NCBI RefSeq assembly: GCF_009834535.1
Contig: NC_045698.1
Location: forward strand, 10,232,001 to 10,296,000
DNA: 64,000 bases
From: Camelus ferus
Lineage: Eukaryota
Direction: 5' to 3'
How positions within the stretch are numbered: the stretch's first letter is position 1; each line of letters begins with the position of its first letter. Shown in pieces: positions 37,238 to 48,175 of this stretch. Under the pieces are notes generated by a model. The model saw nothing but the letters and a program-made list of their open reading frames with translations. It ran no database searches and was not told the origin of the DNA. Made by a program: the position numbers and the translations under genes.

Positions 37238-37380
37238 CGGTCAGCCTTCCATACCCCTGGATTCTGCCTCCAGGGCCAACTGTGCTGCACCATTTTATAT
37301 AAGGGATTTGAGCATCCACTGATTTTGGTATCCATGGGGGGTCCTAGAACCATTCTCCCTCATTACCAAGGGACAACTAT
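37238..37380. mobile_element. MER2-family (TcMar-Tigger) MITE fragment
   Basis: 'ccattttatataagggatttgagcatccactgattttggtatccatggggggtcctagaacca...ccaagggacaacta' matches the recalled MER2 terminus. Confidence 0.7.
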
Positions 37381-38504
37381 ATTTGAATACAAATATTTAA
37401 ATCCAGCTCTTCCTTGATTTGAACCATAGCCACACTCGTCAAAGTTATTTGATCATTTGCTTTTCAATCTGGCCCATCCTGCTTCGCCAAACAGCTGCCA
37501 CTCTCATGTCCTTGGACCTAGTCTCCTGACCCCTTTGTGTCCATGGGTGAACTGAACTATAGTACTTGTTACAGAATATGGTCAAACCTTCTGCGCATAA
37601 GAGTTGATATCTACATGTTTGTTTCTCTAGACACCTATTTGCTTAACAAGATCCCCCCCTACCATTTTTTTTTTTAATTGAAGTATAGTCAGCTTTTTAA
37701 CATGACTTTATGTTGTCATGGAATTTAAAAAGTCGTCAGCTCTGTGTTGTGCTTCTGAATTTTGCACCCAGTGTTTATTAGCTAATTTGGTTATCTAGTT
37801 TATTAGGGACTACGTAAGTGGTAACTTTTTTAACAGTAAAAGTGAAAATTGAAGTGGTCTGTAATTTTTTATCATGTTGATTCATGAGGAATATGTGAGT
37901 TCCAGAAAACGTTACGTTCTTTGCCCTAGTGTTCTATCCCTGTGTGTCGTCCGATTTTGACGCAGAAAGTGGATGGATGACCCTGTTATCCATGGTGCAA
38001 CCAGGCCTTCACTCATCTGCTTACTAGTGATTTTCTCGGGATCTGCTTTTTCATTGCAGTGGTAGGTTCCAGACCACTGTGGGATCCAACAGCTCACACG
38101 CAAGGTGATTGGCAGGATGGGGGACCTACCTCAGACTCAATCTGCCCTGACCGATATCATCCTCTGGCCTGGTGACCAGTCTGCCTGCTTGCCTGCACGT
38201 CTAGCCAAGTACAGAATTCTCTCCCTGTTTCTACTACCTTCTATAAAAATGGGGCATCTTGACACAGGAACTGAGGTTTACCTATGGTGCAGTTTCATTA
38301 GATTTTAAGATAGTAATAATAATTTAAAATAATTTGACGGCAAATAAATAACTTCCCAGGCTGAGGTCTTAAACCCTAATTTTTAGCCTAAGAACATGTT
38401 TGCAGCTGAGCTGTAGATTCAAGGAGACAGTGGTTAGAACTGGCTGAACAGAGAAGACTTCCAGTAGGTAAGAGTGAGGGTTTTTTTTTTTTTTTTTTTG
38501 GCCT

Positions 38505-39730
38505 TTCAAATTATTTAAATTTCAAGATATTTTCAGGCCACAGAAAAGTGCGAGAGCAGAGAGTGTCCACATTCCCTTGAGCAGATTGCCCAGTTTTTAA
38601 CATGTTCCTACATTTGCTCCGCCCTTTCCCCCATCTCTCTCTCCAGCCATCACATGACTATTTACACAACACAAGCATCCTACCGGCCGTCGGCCTCCTT
38701 CACGCTGGAACGTTCTTTAGTCTTTCTCTGCCTGGTGTCTTCGACAGTCTCAGAGACTACAGGCTTTCCGTTCTGTAGGATGACCCACGACCTCCCGGCC
38801 CATCCAATTTTCTAGGGCTGACTGGGGCCGTGGGTCCTGGGATGCTGCCCCTCCCACAACTGATGGTGTTAACCTAGGCCGCCTGGTGAAGTTGGTGTCT
38901 GTAAGATTTCTCCAGTGTAAAATCACCATGAAAATTTTGTCTTTGATGAGCATTTTGTGGGATGACGTACTGAAATAACACGATGTCTGTAACTCATCGG
39001 ACTCCGCACGACCTTGGCGTCCACTGGTGATTCTTGCCACGTCAGCTTCACTGTGATGGCCGTCCGATCGTGGGCACTCATTTCCATCGTTCCTTCTATA
39101 TTCATTAGGTGATCTGCTGTAAGGGGGAACTTTATTTCCTTTCTTCCCCATTTATTTATTAATTCTTAATTTCAGTATGAATTTATCAAACCTCATTATA
39201 TTCAATGAGTTATAATCCAGTATTCTCTTTCGATGCCTAAATTGTCCACGTTCGGCCTGCAGGAGCCCCTTTCTGTGTTTTTTTGATCTGTCTGTATCAT
39301 TTTTTGAGTATTACTTTCTAGCATAGCAGGATGTTCCCAGGCTCATCGTGTTCTTTCCCTGTCTCACCCCTGAGGTCAGCTGTCTCATGAAGAGGTTCTG
39401 GTTCCTTGTAGTGTTGGGTGGTATTTAGAAGCAAAGATCCAGGTATTCAAGGGTGCTCATTTGATTGTGGGGTGTTGAGCAGACAGTCAGGGAACGTGTA
39501 CGTAGGTGCCGTCCATGCATCCGTCCGTCCACATTCATCTACAGCTGTGGCTGTGGCTGTGTCTGTGTCTGTGTCTGTTTTAAAACCACATGTGTCCATA
39601 CTAACACTTCCATTTCTAATCCAGTATTAGCCTTCCCTTTCTATGTTGATGTATCCCCTCTTAAGACAACAAGAAACCTGGCTCCCTTTATACTCAGTAT
39701 GTTAATTTATTCATTCAGTTAGTGCCTTTG
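38505..39730 (-). mobile_element. Old L1 (L1MC4-like) 3' region, degraded
   Basis: A T-tail, then 'ttttaacatgttcctacatttgct', 'ggtgaagttggtgtctgtaagatttctccagtgtaaa' and 'tggtatttagaagcaaagatc', motifs of the L1MC 3' UTR in antisense. Confidence 0.6.
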
Positions 39731-41010
39731 CTCAACCTTCTCAATCTCCCAGCCATTCTCACTGGCCTCTCACCACCCGCAGTGCCCACTTCTTTAGAAA
39801 ATCTGGCCTGGGGACACCTGTTTGGCACCTCCACCCTTCCACTGCCCCAGACTCCAAGCCCCATTTCCTCTGTGCCAGGAGGGGAGGGGAAGGAAGATGG
39901 GAAAGGAAGGGCCATTTTTGTCTTGTAAGTAATTTTTTTCTTTTCCTAAATGAGTGGTTTTCTAACTTGAGTTTGCTGGCTATAAGCGCACCTTCTCATA
40001 CTCCACCCCCAGAGACAGAGAATCTTCGTTTTTAACGTGTTTCCCTAGTGATCCAGGACCCTGATGCCAGGGCTTTACAGCCCCCACACTGAGAGCCATT
40101 CCCTGCTGGGCTCTCAAGAGCTGTGTGCCTGCCCTGGGGGCGGGGAGGCGGGGACTCGGGCAGGCGTTTACCCCACGGAGCTGACTGCGCCCTGCTGTGC
40201 ATGCCAGGCCTTTAGGAGGCAGACTGTTTATAAGCAGAGCCTGCGCTTCCTTTTTCTTTTTCTTTCACCTACTTTTCCTTTCCTTCCCTCCTCCCTCCCA
40301 CCCTTCTTCCTTCTTTTCTTCCACAGTTTTTTTTCTTTAAGCCGTGTCTACAGTTTCTAGTCTCTGATGACAGAAGTTTGCAGTGGAAACCTTTCCAGCA
40401 CCCTCTTTTTTCATGATGCAAACACCTGCTTTCTTGTGCTTTAATTAGACCTGTCCCATGTTCCTGTTTGTGTTTTAGCAACAGGAGCCTACCTGTGCCT
40501 TGTAAACACTTGCTTCAGCTTGCCGGGTCTGGGGCTAAGGCCGTGTGATGTAACGGACCACAGGAGAGCCAAGCCCTGGAAGCACCTGGCATCAGCTGTA
40601 AGTCCAGATGCAGCGAGGAGAGTAGTCATTTTCACCATTTTATTTTAAGCAAACGTATCAACTACTTTCTCAACAAACTAAATTCGTAGAAGTGATTTTT
40701 ATTTCAGTACTCCCGTGCCACCCCATAAACCTCAACAACGGGTATTTTGAGTTGTGACAGGAGACCGTGTACCAAGTGTCCCCACACCTGCTGTGGTCTT
40801 GGCCGTGGCGGCCACAGGCGGCGGTTCCTGGGGCAGAGGAGGTGAGCCGCCCCGTCCGCCGGGGCCCGCCCTGATCCAGTGTAACTTCAGGGTTTTGTTT
40901 CTGCATCAATTTCTTGATTTACCAAATGTGCTGACTTACTGCACACTTCAGCGGGGCCTCGTGGAACTGACTGATTTGGTGCCTGCAAAGCTGGTCGAGC
41001 TCCTTTTAAA

Positions 41011-41058
41011 AATTTATTTTATTTTATTTTTTATTGAAGGGTGGTGGATTTACAATGC
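41011..41058 (-). mobile_element. Extremely 5'-truncated L1 insertion (~48 bp including tail)
   Basis: The reverse complement cattgtaaatccaccacccttcaataaaaaataaaataaaata matches the L1 terminus seen elsewhere in this window. 15-bp TSD cg(a/g)gctcctttt(a/c)aa at 40996-41010 and 41059-41073. Confidence 0.75.
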
Positions 41059-43719
41059 CGGGCTCCTTTTCAAAGGAGCTGTACAAGTGATGTTGGCGCA
41101 ATGAGTGTTATTAGCTTATGAGAAAAGCAAAAAGCAAAATGAGTCACCTCAGTAATAAACATCCTAAAATCTTACCTGTGATGTATCACAGCCCACCCAC
41201 CTTCTTTTGTGCAGCTCTACGAAGCGGTTGTTTGAAAGCCTCATTAAGCATTGCAGCATCGCTGTGGTACGCGGGTGCTGTTGTCAACATTTGAGCCAGC
41301 ATCAGAGCCAACAGGCCACATGGCAGTCTCCCTCCTCACCCCCAGACTTGAGGCCTTGCAAGGGCTTGAAATATTGGAGCAAAAAACTTCAAGCCCACGT
41401 GGAACCTACAGAACACACGTGTTCTCTGCATCCAGGTGACCTCACTAATGGGGCCATGCCAGCAGTTTCCTGTTTTGGTCTTGTTTTGGTTTTCCTTGTC
41501 TGAGAGCCAGACATGGTTAGATTGGTCTGGTTTTGAGTAAGAAATCTAATAGCTGAGAGCAGTAAAAATAGGCTTTCAGAGCTCCATTTTAAGAGCTTCG
41601 CTGGAAGAAGAACCAGCTCAGAGGAAGCCCTGGCCTCTGAAGGCAAGGACCCCTGGGCTTGGGGAAGACACTGCCACCTGCATGTGGCCTTTCAGAAGGT
41701 CACTGTCCTGTGTTAGTGGCAGCAGCTTGTTTGAGGAGCTGTTTTAAGGCAGGCTGAAATTCCTGCTCAGAGACAGAGTGTGTCTGCCTCTCTGGCTGAG
41801 GAGTGTCAACCACACCTGTGTAGTAAGCTGGGTGCTAGCATGCTGACCCTTCATCGCTCTTTCCTGCTTTGTTAGAGCCTCGATTTGGAGAAGAGTTCCA
41901 CGAGAGTGGGAGAGGGTGGTGGGGCTGTGGAACATTTCCAGACTTGGCATGGAGGTCTGTGCCCTGCAAAGGAATCAAAGCAGGTGATGCTGGTTTGAGC
42001 TGAATCAAGGAGTGTGGTTCATTTTCTAAAACTTCTGAAGAAGGATCACCCTTTCTTCATGATGTGCTTGCTTCCTGTAGTCATGTCTGGCCGTGCCTTT
42101 ATGTAGTCTGCATTTTGCCTGTTTTGATCACACCTTGGGAACGCTGTCCTAGCACTGCACAGCACCACGCTGGGGCCCAGCTCACCCATCACAGGTCACA
42201 CTTGCTTCTTGGATGGTGGTTTTTGCCACCTTGAGCAGTAATCTCCAGGTAACTGGTCTCTTTCTTTAGATCAGAGCAGCGTTCTGTGTGCAAGTGAAGA
42301 ATATTCCTGCTAGAGACTCTAAGCTCTAATCTGATTTTCTGGTAGCCCCAAGTACTAGAAATAAGAATAGGCAAGCTTCTGTGAGGGTTGGCGGAACTGT
42401 TTTTAGGGTGGTACACAAGAATCCAAGTTACAGATCTTACTCACAGTTTTAATTAGCATTAAACACTCAGGAACCAGACCGTTGTTCTAGATTTTAAACA
42501 GCTAAGTTTCCTCTTAAATATTAGAAGCAAACGTACCTAGGATGTGGTAAAATTTTAAACTTCAGCCCCTTTTCTGGCTTTATTTGGTACTTGCATTTTT
42601 CGTAACTCATTTAGGTATTAGAGCGTGTTAGTTCATGTAAAAAATGCTACGCTTTATTAAATGTAACTTCCACTGCCCTTCAAGTTGCCAAGCACTGTAT
42701 TCCAAGAACAAAGGGAAGACTGTGAAAAAATGAGCCCATTTGTTATGCTTAAAAATTAAAGCATGTAAGTCCTGCTTTTTGATAATAAAGGTTGACTTTT
42801 TTTTTTTTAACAGGTATTGTCCTTTGTGGGACAGGGTTTGACTGCCTGAAAGCTAAAAACACATTTTTAGACAAAGCATATAACTTAAGTAGATTAATTC
42901 ACCTGGCTCTATAGTTAAGAAATCCAGAATGATACCGCATACCATAAACTTACATGTATTAATTGTTTTGGTACTTAAATTATATGTGAGTATTTTGGCT
43001 GCTGTTTTCAGTCTTTTCTTTCATTGATTTTCTGGTTATTCTTACCATTTAAAAGTCCTTATTTCTGTACAGTAGAGCAGTTCTTTTCATAAAATTCTAG
43101 CATATTTTTCCCCACATAGTACTACTGAACTTACAAAGACATTTTACTTACAGTTGTTAAAATATGTGGTATCCTATGTATGCTTAAATAATGCCTTTTT
43201 AAATTGGCAAATCTGTGAAAGCTACACTGAAATAAAGTAGAATTATATCTGAAAGCTTTACTGGAGAATTGCTGCACATGAACACGCATTTGGAGTTCCC
43301 ATGGGGTCTAGTTTCAGTGCAGCAGGTGTCCTCTTACTCAGGATTTTTCTATCCACTTCTGGCACTGTCTCTACCACCAAATGACAGTATCAACTGTGGC
43401 ACCGACAGAGATGGTTTCATCCCTGCTTATGAGTTCCCAGAAGGCAGAGCTCTGCTTAACGTGTTCTTTCATATTAAGATGATTGTGTGTTCATATGCTT
43501 GGTCATTCCCCATCACCCCTCCACCATGAGTAGGCATGTTGTTCTAAACCCAGTAATGATACCTGCTCTTGAGCTCTGTCAAACAGTTGCAAAGATACCC
43601 AAAGAAGATTAGTTGGAATGTTCTTGTTCAGATTGTTTACTCATTCTCAGTAGTAGAATATTAATTGTGTCACCTGGATGCCTCTGGAAACTTGGTGAGG
43701 GCTGGGAACCCATTTGTCA

Positions 43720-44180
43720 CTTTGTTTTGTGGTTTAAGATCCAAAACAATGGCTTAAGATAAGAGGTTTGCTTTCTGCCAGTGCAGAAGTCCCAGGGCTT
43801 GCATTCCAGGCCTCTGTTAGGAAGAGGATCTCTGTATCCTTTGTCCTTTTGTTTTGCCTCTTGTAGCAGCTGGGCTGCCATCCTTAAGGCTGCCTTAAGG
43901 TCATCAGTAGCTGCTGAAGTTCCAGCCGTCTTTACCAGCTTCTTGGCACCAGGGAGAAGAAAAAAGGCAAGGGGACATGAGCAAATTCAGCCTCCTAAAC
44001 AGCTTTCCTGGAAGCCCATTCAACATTTTTTACTTTTGTATGTCGGCCACGCCTATTTGTAAGCGAGGCTGGAAAATGTAGTTTGATGGCTGGGGTGTTG
44101 CTGTTTCTGACTGTAGGGGCTTGGCTGTCTCAAGGAGGGGCGAGTGGACTCTGGGGAGGCAGCTGTCAGTTTCTGCCACA
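43720..44180 (-). mobile_element. MLT1J-like (ERVL-MaLR) solo LTR
   Basis: 'aacaatggcttaagataagagg...gctgctgaagttccagcc...gaggctggaaaatgtagtt...cagtttctgccaca' pattern. Confidence 0.6.
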
Positions 44181-46375
44181 CCTCTGATGTATATCTTTCT
44201 GACACATGTTCACCAAGTCATATGCTCTAGCATATATTTCCTGACTGAGGCATAGTATAAAGGGTAAAACTTGGAGACAATGTTTGTAAGGAATTCTTTC
44301 TAGGCTCTGTACAGTGTGAAATGTGTGACTTTGAGTATTGGTTCTCAGTCCTAAGAAATGCTTCACCACCATTGTTTAACTGAAACTTCATGCTGCCTGC
44401 TGAAATAAACTGTATAGGTAGTAATCTATTGTCACAAAAATTTATGTGTATATACATAAATGACATATATGTTACCATATAAATTAGAGACAAAGGAAAG
44501 GTGATAATATGGTAAAATGTGTGTTTTAGTCTATAAATGCTGAGTATGTGCACAATATAAGAGAAAAACATTAGATATTCAGATACTGGTAGTTTATATA
44601 AAACCATTGTGCTATATTGATGACTCAGATACTGAGAATGGTATTATTGTGCTGATATTTTGAAATAGTAAGCAGCAGCTCCTGTAAAGTTCAGAAGAAA
44701 ACCAAGTGCTGTCTTCCTTTGATTAACATGATAATTGCATTCCTGGAAAAATCAGTATATGTTAGAGGGGCAAAAAAAAAAAGGAAAAGAAAGAAGAATC
44801 ATGGTTATATGTTAAATAAAGCCTAGCTCAGATAATTACAGAAAGCAGGACAATTCTTCATTTTGAGATAATATCCTGCCGCTGAATCTGTCACAATAAA
44901 TCTCTTCCCCAGATCAGTCATTGTGCCTACCCTCCCCAAATCATTGTATCAAAAGTGCCCTTGCAAGTCTCCGTGACTCCGAGGGGCAGCTCCCTGCTTC
45001 AGAAGACCTGTGTCTCCACTGTGTGTGTGTACACGTGCCGGACCCAAACTCGGTGGCTCAGTCGGCTCCTTTGCTCCCGCCCTCTGTGGTTGTGTCAGCT
45101 TGGCTCGTTTCCACACCAGCCTTGCGATCTCCATGTATTTGGTCAATTCTAATCTCCGAAGGCTGGGAGCCAGCCTTCATAAGAAGTAGTCAGCACTTCC
45201 AGCAAAGGTCTCAGACTCAGATATTAGAAAACAAACCTGTTACCTGCCAGCACGACTTAAAGTTGTAAGAGGATTAAAGGAACAGGTTAGAAAACTCTAC
45301 AGGCCTCTCGCTTGCCGCCAGTTTTTGGTTGCTAAAGGCTTCCCTTAGCCTGTCCCATTCACTCACTCCCCTCTTCCCCTGTCCTGGTGTCTTGCCTCTG
45401 AGCCCTGTTTGTGTCTGTTAGCTTGGCTCCTGGTTGCTCCTCCTTTCGGTAGAAACCCAAGGAGGCTTTCAGATTTGAAGTGTTTGAGCAGAGAGATCAT
45501 GGTGATGATCAGCAGTCTGATCATATTATTTCTACCTCCTCTGGCAGAATCATTCAAAAGGTTTAAGAATCACTTAACTGTAAAAAATACATAATTCTTT
45601 TCTTTTCATATTCTACCCTCACCTTTTCTTCTTCTTCTTTTTTTTTTTGGTTAGTCTCAATACTTTAATTGTACTTGGATAGTTAACGGCTGTAATATAG
45701 CACTGCAATCTCCTTTGAAAACTGATGGCATTTAATTAAAATTACTTTTTGAAGTTAATGAACCAAATAAAATGGCACTTTTTAATTTTCTTTTTATTTT
45801 GTGAAGTAAAATTGCTATCCACCTATGTCAGAAAGTTAAAGTACACATTTTTTGCCTAGTGCTATATTACTGATTTTTTAAAGTGAGGTTTCAATATTCA
45901 GCATTAAATTTTCTCCATTGTGATGGTTGTGTTCTCTCTAACATATCTCAAGAAAATTATTTCTTTTAAATTTTAATTTGCAGATATCCCAGCAATGCGA
46001 TTTTTATATCAGCTTATGCATCATTTAAAGCAAAATACTATGTATGTTTGTAAGGCTAGTGTCTACTACAGTGTTTTATACTAATGAATGTTTTTTTAAA
46101 ATCTTAACTCAGCTCTACTGTATTTGGTTTCATGATATCATTAGATAGTTGATGGATGTGTTTTAAATTTTATTTTGCTCTTTTTAAAATACGCCTTTGA
46201 GTAAAACTAAAACTGTGGTTTACATTTGTGTGCAAGTGTGTGTGTATGTGAGCGTGTGTTGTCTGCACAAGTGTGTGCACACATGTTGGAGGCCAGGCTC
46301 TGCAGCACAGCCTGGGCAAAGCTGCAGATGGTGAATAATCGCTCGCTTACAGTCGCTCTTCTGTTTTGCGGGCAG

Positions 46376-46606
46376 GTGAGTCAGGATGGGAAGTCACTCC
46401 TTGACAAGCTCCAGCGGCCCCTGACTCCCGGCAGCTCCGATTCCCTCACGGCCTCTGCCAACTACTCCAAGGCCGTGCACCATGTCCTTGATGTCATCCA
46501 CGAGGTGCTGCACCACCAGCGGCAGCTGGAAAACATCTGGCAGCACCGCAAGGTCCGGCTCCACCAGAGGCTGCAGCTGTGCGTTTTCCAGCAGGACGTT
46601 CAGCAG
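46376..46606 (+). CDS. TRIO: TRIO coding exon ~9 (VSQDGKSLLDKLQRPLTPGSS...CVFQQDVQQ), 231 nt
   Basis: Acceptor gcgggcag|GTG AGT CAG; donor CAG|gtcagt. Lies within ORF 46226..46633. Confidence 0.97.
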
Positions 46607-46668
46607 GTCAGTTTCACGGAGCCCTTTTCCTAGTCTGTGCTGATGAAAATGGATGGGAGAGAAGAAAA

Positions 46669-46715
46669 CGCGCACAGACACACGCGCGCGTGCACACGTG
46701 TACACACACACACAC
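46669..46715. repeat. Alternating purine-pyrimidine (CG/CA)n tract just 3' of exon 9
   Basis: cgcgcacagacacacgcgcgcgtgcacacgtgtacacacacacacac, read directly. Confidence 0.85.
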
Positions 46716-47591
46716 CTTGTTCCTTACCACAAGGGAAAGCAGCATGTCGAGGACGTGTGTTCAGGCCGCTCTGCCACGTGCTCGTGCGTGCGGAACACAG
46801 GAGATGGTGCAGGGCCTAGACCAAGACTCAGTTTTGTTCCTGAAGCAGCTCATCCTCAGTTACATTTATTCATGAGAATAATGCCCGTGGCGCTTTTACC
46901 AGCGTGTTGCTACAGGTTAAGATTTGTCTGCTCTCTGATTACTTAGTAATAAGCTAATCACGCTTCTCTCCCACTTGGTGGAGAGTGTAGTCCGAGGTGC
47001 CCAGTGGTACTTAATGAATAGTTGTCTCATCAGTGAAAAGTGGACTTTAATGACCATTCATTGCTAAGCAGTCGACATCTTTGTTGTTGTTACAAACATA
47101 AGGGTCAGCCCAGTCCTCATACTGTTAATTTCCTTGTCATGAGATAAGGAAGCCTGCCCTGCTACCAGGGTTTTAAGGATTGCAGCTGTGGGCGCTGATA
47201 AGATATGATATATCTTTGGTAGTAAATAAGATAACAGTCCTGTCTTTGCCTCACAGTGGAGGGGAAAGCAAGGGTTTGAGTGAGGTGCCACTGGGGACGA
47301 GGGATTCTGGGTGTGAGGAAGACACGCAGGAGCTCCAGCGTAACACGCCCCAAGTACCGCCTGAAAATGAGGGGGTTTCTGCTGAAGGGGGTGCTGAGAC
47401 CTGTCCTGATGACACGTAGATTCTCCACCTGCACTGACCATCACTCCTCCTGTAATGTGAATCTGGTGACTTCCACATCCTTTTAATTGCTCTATAGTTT
47501 TTGATTTTCATACAGTATGCTTTGATTCTGCTGATGGTTTGGGAGTTCTCTGAAGGCTTCATGTACAAAGTGCCTCAGGAATGATCATTTT

Positions 47592-48175
47592 AGTTTTTGT
47601 TTATTATTTATTTTTAATTTTTTACTTTTATTGAAGTACAGTAAATTTATAATGTGTTAATTTGTGGGGTACAACATAGTGATTCAGTTATACATATACA
47701 TATTCTTTTTCATCATAGACCATTACAAGGTATTAAATATAGTTCCCTGTGCTGTACAGTAGGGCCTTGTTTATCTATTTTATATATAGCAGTATTTACA
47801 AATCCCAAACTCCCAATTTATCCCTTCCCACCCCTTTCCCCCTGGTAACTGTAAGTTTATTTTCTGTGACTTTGAGTCTCTCTTTCTTTTGTAAAGAAGT
47901 TCATTTGTGTCCCCCCCCCCCTTTTTTTTTTAAGATTCCACATGTAAGTGATGTTATATGGTATTTTTCTTTCTCTTTCTGGCTTGCTTCACTTAGTATG
48001 ACAATCTCTAGGTCCATCCTGTTGCTGCAAATGGCATTTCATTCTTTTTTATGAGTAGTATTCCATTGTTTACATAGACCACAACTTCTTTATTGGCAAT
48101 CTGTTGATGAACATTTAGGTTACTTCCATGTACTGGCTGTTGTCAATAGCGCTGCTGTGAACATTGGGGTGCATG
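47592..48175 (-). mobile_element. L1 3' fragment (~580 bp), 5'-truncated
   Basis: T-rich tail, then 'ttccctgtgctgtacagtagg...agattccacatgtaagtgat...cacttagtatgacaatctctaggtccatc...gaacattggggtgcatgt'. 17-bp TSD tcaggaa(t/c)gatcatttt at 47575-47591 and 48176-48192. Confidence 0.93.

Noticed and set aside
40760..40880. CpG-rich patch as an internal promoter or CpG island
   Set aside because: Only ~120 bp, and similar patches occur throughout this GC-rich locus. No other supporting evidence.
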